Assembly (NCBI GenBank): GCA_965178125.1
Contig: OZ237759.1
Coordinates: forward strand, 186,001 to 250,000
Direction: 5' to 3'
DNA: 64,000 bases
Origin: Bilabrum cf. latius
Lineage: Eukaryota
Numbering within the stretch: the stretch's first letter is position 1; each line of letters opens with the position of its first letter. Of the stretch, positions 59,917-64,000 are shown piece after piece. The notes beneath the pieces are model-generated. The model searched no databases, was not told the origin of the DNA, and was given only the letters and a program-made list of their open reading frames with translations. The translations under genes were made by a program, and so were the position numbers.

Positions 59917-61908
59917 TCACTGGTTCTTCAGGATGGCCTCCGAGATCTGGTCTTTGGTCATGCTGTTGCTGACTTGGGCCCCCTCGTCCTTTGCTAGGCC
60001 CATCAGCTCGGCTTTCTTCATCTTCATCAGGGATGCCTTCGAGTGAGAAGCAGACTCCTATTCTTCTCCTTCCTCTCCATCCTCATCCTTGTCAACCTTG
60101 GTAGACGGAGCGGAGGGGTTTCCTTCATCGTTGTCACCGCTGCTCGAGGCGGCCTCCTCCTCCTTGTCTCCCACGGCGGGCCCGTCTCCACCCTGCACCT
60201 GTCCCTGTCCCTGCACCTGTCCCTGCACCTGCACCTCGTCGTCCTCGGCGTCCCCCTCGTACTCGTCCTCGGAGGCCTCCCGCGGAGTCCCGTTGATGAG
60301 CTTGAAGAGGATCCGCAGCATCAGGTACCACCAGTACAGGTGGAGCAGGAAGAGCACCTGCAGCAAGATGTTGCTCTCGAACCACATGTGGATGAACTTG
60401 CCCACGTGGTGCGACTCCACGCCGACAGCCATCACGCAGACGCACTGCCACCGGAACCAGGCGTAAGGGTTCAAGTACCACGGGTCCTCTGGGGGGGTCA
60501 CGATCGTGCCGCCAGTGTACCTGCTGGGGAACAAATCGCGGTCGATGTTGGCGGCCAGCAGCTCCTGGGCCTCGTCCCAGGTCTTGACCGAGGCTCCCTC
60601 CCCTACGGGAGGCACCTGGTCGTCGGTCCACCGGATCGAGTCCGACGCGCTCCTGGATAGCTCTGCCTCCCCGGACTCAATTTGGCGAGACTCCTCGATG
60701 TAGACCCCCCGAAGCTTGGAGACGAGGTCCTCATCACACACCCGCTCGATGCATGAGTACGTGATGCCCGTGTCGTTGGGGTCCAGTTTGGAGTTGTCCA
60801 GTCGGACGAGGACGTGCCGATGGTCCATGGCCAGCAGGAGGTTGGACTGGCGGTATGCGTTCATCTCGTGCGCCCGCCAGAATGCAGTGTAGAGCACGCG
60901 GCCGGGTCCCTCCCAGATGCGCCAGTAAAAGTGGAAGAAGAGCATCTGGAAGAACGCGATCTCCACGATGAAGAAGCCCTTGAGCCCGTCCAGCGTCAGG
61001 AAGTTGGCCATCTTGAGGACGTCCACGCTCACGTCGCAAGCGTCGTTGATGAACAGGACGAGCATGCCGGCGCGCTCGTTCCAGGAGAGCAAAGAGGACG
61101 CTGCGGGGGAAACAGGTAAGAGTAATAAAGGGATGGTTGAAAAGGAGGGATGTGTCAGGCAACTGAAACACCACGGAATCGCGGTGCAACGATGCGTCCT
61201 CCTCTCACCGACCAGCGCGATGGTGACCACGTGGTGGATCAGCATGGCATAGAAGTCCTTCTTGCGGTGCTCAAAGTACACGCACGAGAATCCAGTGTAA
61301 GTCCAGACCCCAAGCTCGGCAAAGTAGAAAACCAGCAGCGGCATGTTTTCAAACTCCTTGGCCTGCTGCTCTTCAGGGTGAGGGTACCAGATCATGTGCG
61401 GGTCATCCCACAAGTTCGGCCATGCAAACCTGGTGTTTTGTCCTTCCTTGGCTTGCCAGGGCTGGTAGAACAGAATGTACACCTCCCAAAGCATGAATGT
61501 TGTGTGGACAACCAGCTGCCAAGCCTGCTCCTTCCACTTGTGCATCTGCTTCTTGTTGCGAAGCGGCCGCTCGTCGACCATTCCCCACTTTGTTACTCGA
61601 TGGGATATGGCGTGCCCAATGTGCTCAAAGATGAACTTGGAGAGCTCCACTACAAGCGGTGCAGCAATCATGGACGCGGCGTACGCCAGCAAATGCGACT
61701 TCTTGTTACGCTGGATCAGCGCTACAACCATCCAAATTGGTTCAATGATGAGAAGAAATACGAGAATCTCTTCTAAAACGGGGATATACTTGTAATGATT
61801 CGTCCTCTTAGGCGCCGGGGCCTTATCAGTCTTTGCTACCATGTTTGCTGGGTCAGGGGGTGACTTGCCGGCTGCCACCTTAGATGACGCTTCTTTACTC
61901 AATGGCAT
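59917..61908 (-). CDS. TLC-domain ceramide synthase (LAG1/LAC1 family) with C-terminal HeH/Rho-N-like helical module; intron 61208-61101
   Basis: KWKEQAWQL; Lag1p motif RKKDFYAMLIHHVVT..GMLVLFINDACD..LKMANF; LHLYWWYLMLRI. Readthrough of TAG 60058 adds SLMKMKKAELMGLAKDEGAQVSNSMTKDQISEAILK. Ends TGA. Confidence 0.85.
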
Positions 61909-62120
61909 ATGTGTCACAAGTTCCGTACAGTTCGATGTATGGTGCTGCGGCTACCTGACACAGCGCCAACGCGACGCAACTGCTTGTTCACCACAACTTG
62001 TGGCCGTTGGCGCCGAGCCTGCGGAGCGGTTGCAACCTGCGAATGAAGAAGAGGACCAAAATCCACCACGGGCTTCGAATTTGGAAGCACGCACGCCGCA
62101 TACCTTTGACGGTGGTGAAA

Positions 62121-64000
62121 TCATCGATTCAATTCATCGGTTCGCGCAGGTCTCTCGCTCCTGGCACCGGCCTGCCGAAGAGCCTTGACCTTCAAGCTGC
62201 CACTGGCACTGGCAACACGCGCTGCCCCAACCCCCGCTCTTGCCGCATAGCCCGCCGGAGGCACTCGCTTCCTGGGCATCTGAACGGGCACCCGCCTGCT
62301 CGTAGTAAACCTGCGGGCCTAACGTCCCGACGCAATTCGTGACCGGTCATCCTCGACAAGAGCTGCCACTCCGCTTGGGCTCGGGCTTGAGGGCCCCTGT
62401 TGTGCCGCGCCCCGCCTTGTCTGCTCCTTGGAGCCCGGTTTAAAACGTCTGCCCCTCTTCTTCCTCTTGCTACTGACCATGCCGTTGCCTTCGGTCTTGC
62501 CTTTGCCGCTCCTACTGACCTTGCCTTTGCTCTTGGCTTTACGTTTTCCCATTGGCACAACTCTTGCCTCGTTGCCACTGCCACTGCCACTGCCACTGCC
62601 TGCTTCCTCATGGCGCCCATCAGCAGCGTCCTAACCCTCACCCTCGTCATCGAACGCACCCACAGCTGCAACACCAGACGGAGTGAGAGGCACCTGGCCA
62701 TCAGCATGGCCAAAATATACCTGGCCATCATCACGAGCGTGGTCGCGGGCATCGCCCTATTCATGCGTCCTGACTGCCCCTGATATTTCGCCATGCATGC
62801 CGGCCCTGTCTCCGTCAATCTCATCCGGGTGAAACACGGAAGGCATGGTGTGCTCATGCAAGCCTGGCCACGGACGGCGCAGCAACTCAGCCGCATCACT
62901 GGAGCTGCCCTCTGTACTTAAAAAACCACTATAACCACTTCCCTGTAAACCAGCGCGGACTGTAGGACGTACAGCACCACTGGCACCCTTGGATGCCTCG
63001 TTTTCCCTCCGTTGCTGCACACGCTGAAGAAAACTACCTACGTCAACTCCAGCACGAACGCCAGCCACATCGCCGCCTGCTCCGGCCGTACCCAACGAGC
63101 CTTCTTCGTCTTGCTCCACGGAAGCAGGGCTGGCCCGGGCGCGCAACCTCCAAGCAATCTCTCCGGATGGGCTCGTTGAGGCCTGTCTCACCGCATCATC
63201 GCTGCGCATGGCCCCGCCTGCACCAGGTGCATCGCCGCGCCGTTGAGTCCTCTATCCTGCTTGTAGCGACGTTCCTTCAATATAAGACTCATCTGCTAGG
63301 CTGCTTTTTAATGCGCCATTTGCAGCGGCATCTAGCTTCCAGCGGACACCCAATAGGTGCTGGCTGCCTACTGCAGCCTCGTGGCCTGGCAAACTCCGCG
63401 CAGAGTACCTATCGCCGACCATTGTCGTATCAGCAACGCGCCCAGAGGAAACCAAAACGCGACTCTGCTCTTGGTCTTGCCCCAGCCCTGGCCCGTCCTC
63501 CAGTCTCCTGAGCGCCTCGTCCACCTGAAGGAGAAGTGATCGGTTGCCCCGATATCCCGCATCAACACCTGCGTCTGATCCAGTAGACGCGGATGAATGG
63601 GGACCCCCTGGCTTGGCATACTCCGCACCAGCAGTTGTCGGCGAAGGTGCTACCGTCACGTGCCCAGGGGAATGCACCCCAAGGATGGGTGGCGAGCGAA
63701 GCGCGGCCTGCGTCTGCTCCCGCACTGGCGTATCACAGGACTGAACCGAAAAATCAGAGGTGAGCTGTGGATGTGCGTGTGTTCGAGCATGCGACTATTT
63801 GCTGGCCGGTGATTCATCAGCTGAAATTAAGGCCGCAGCAGGAGCTGCAGGCTGCTCCTCACCTGATGCTGGTGTCGGGGCCTGCACTGGAGCAGCAGGC
63901 TGCTCCTCACCTGATGCTGGTGTCGGGGCCTGCACTGGAGCAGCAGGCTGCTCCTCGGCTGATGCAGGTGCCGGGGCCTGCACTGGAGCAGCAGGCTGCT
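62121..64000 (-). CDS. Low-complexity/disordered protein with 16-aa tandem repeats, 5'-truncated by the window edge
   Basis: ORFs ending at 63795, 63252, 62757 and 62319 share one frame and each ends in TAG. First TGA is at 62121. No family recognised. Confidence 0.55.
63844..64000 (-). repeat. 48-bp coding tandem repeat (PVQAPTPASGEEQPAA), at least 3 copies, runs off the window end
   Basis: Unit gcaggctgctcctcacctgatgctggtgtcggggcctgcactggagca repeated on the + strand. Confidence 0.93.

Noticed and set aside
3-64000. Interpreting the TAG-interrupted genes as pseudogenes or sequencing errors
   Set aside because: The interruptions are exclusively TAG, with no frameshifts in host genes. They hit conserved housekeeping genes and fall on Gln columns.
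3-64000. UAG as pyrrolysine, Leu, Tyr or Glu
   Set aside because: The two best-conserved columns (PRPS, UFSP) are Gln, other sites are polar or disordered, and no Pyl context exists.
3-64000. tRNA-Gln(CUA), rRNA or eRF1 gene in the window
   Set aside because: No cloverleaf, rRNA-like sequence or eRF1 motif was recognised by eye; they are presumably elsewhere in the genome.

Overview
Compact, GC-rich, intron-poor eukaryotic genomic DNA from a flagellated protist (it carries IFT122 and GT-AG introns). It resembles a heterotrophic stramenopile such as a bicosoecid, but that is only an impression. The main result is that the window does not use the standard genetic code. Nearly every gene is broken in the supplied ORF track by in-frame TAG codons (roughly 100 by manual count), and the fragments rejoin in one frame into complete proteins. 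TAG falls on conserved Gln positions (PRPP synthetase DGEVNV-Q-VNENVRG; UFSP GWGCCYRAC-Q). All 21 reconstructed CDSs end in TGA (18) or TAA (3). This indicates a nuclear code with UAG=Gln while UAA and UGA remain stops. Read with that code the window holds 20 host genes: IFT122, UFSP, Ulp1-type protease, CHI-fold protein, Asp-box secreted protein, a 3,438-aa Sfi1-like protein, ELMO-domain protein, GH99-like protein, HDHD2-like phosphatase, a hybrid histidine kinase with a rhodopsin-like 8TM sensor, SPATA20, granulin-SGNH, DDX47, an EF-hand-like protein, calreticulin, ER DnaJ, an unknown membrane protein, PRPS, ceramide synthase and a repeat protein. It also holds a 3.9-kb piggyBac with a TTAG target duplication and a 1.5-kb TA-flanked TIR element. 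All coordinates and family calls come from manual reading, without database searches.
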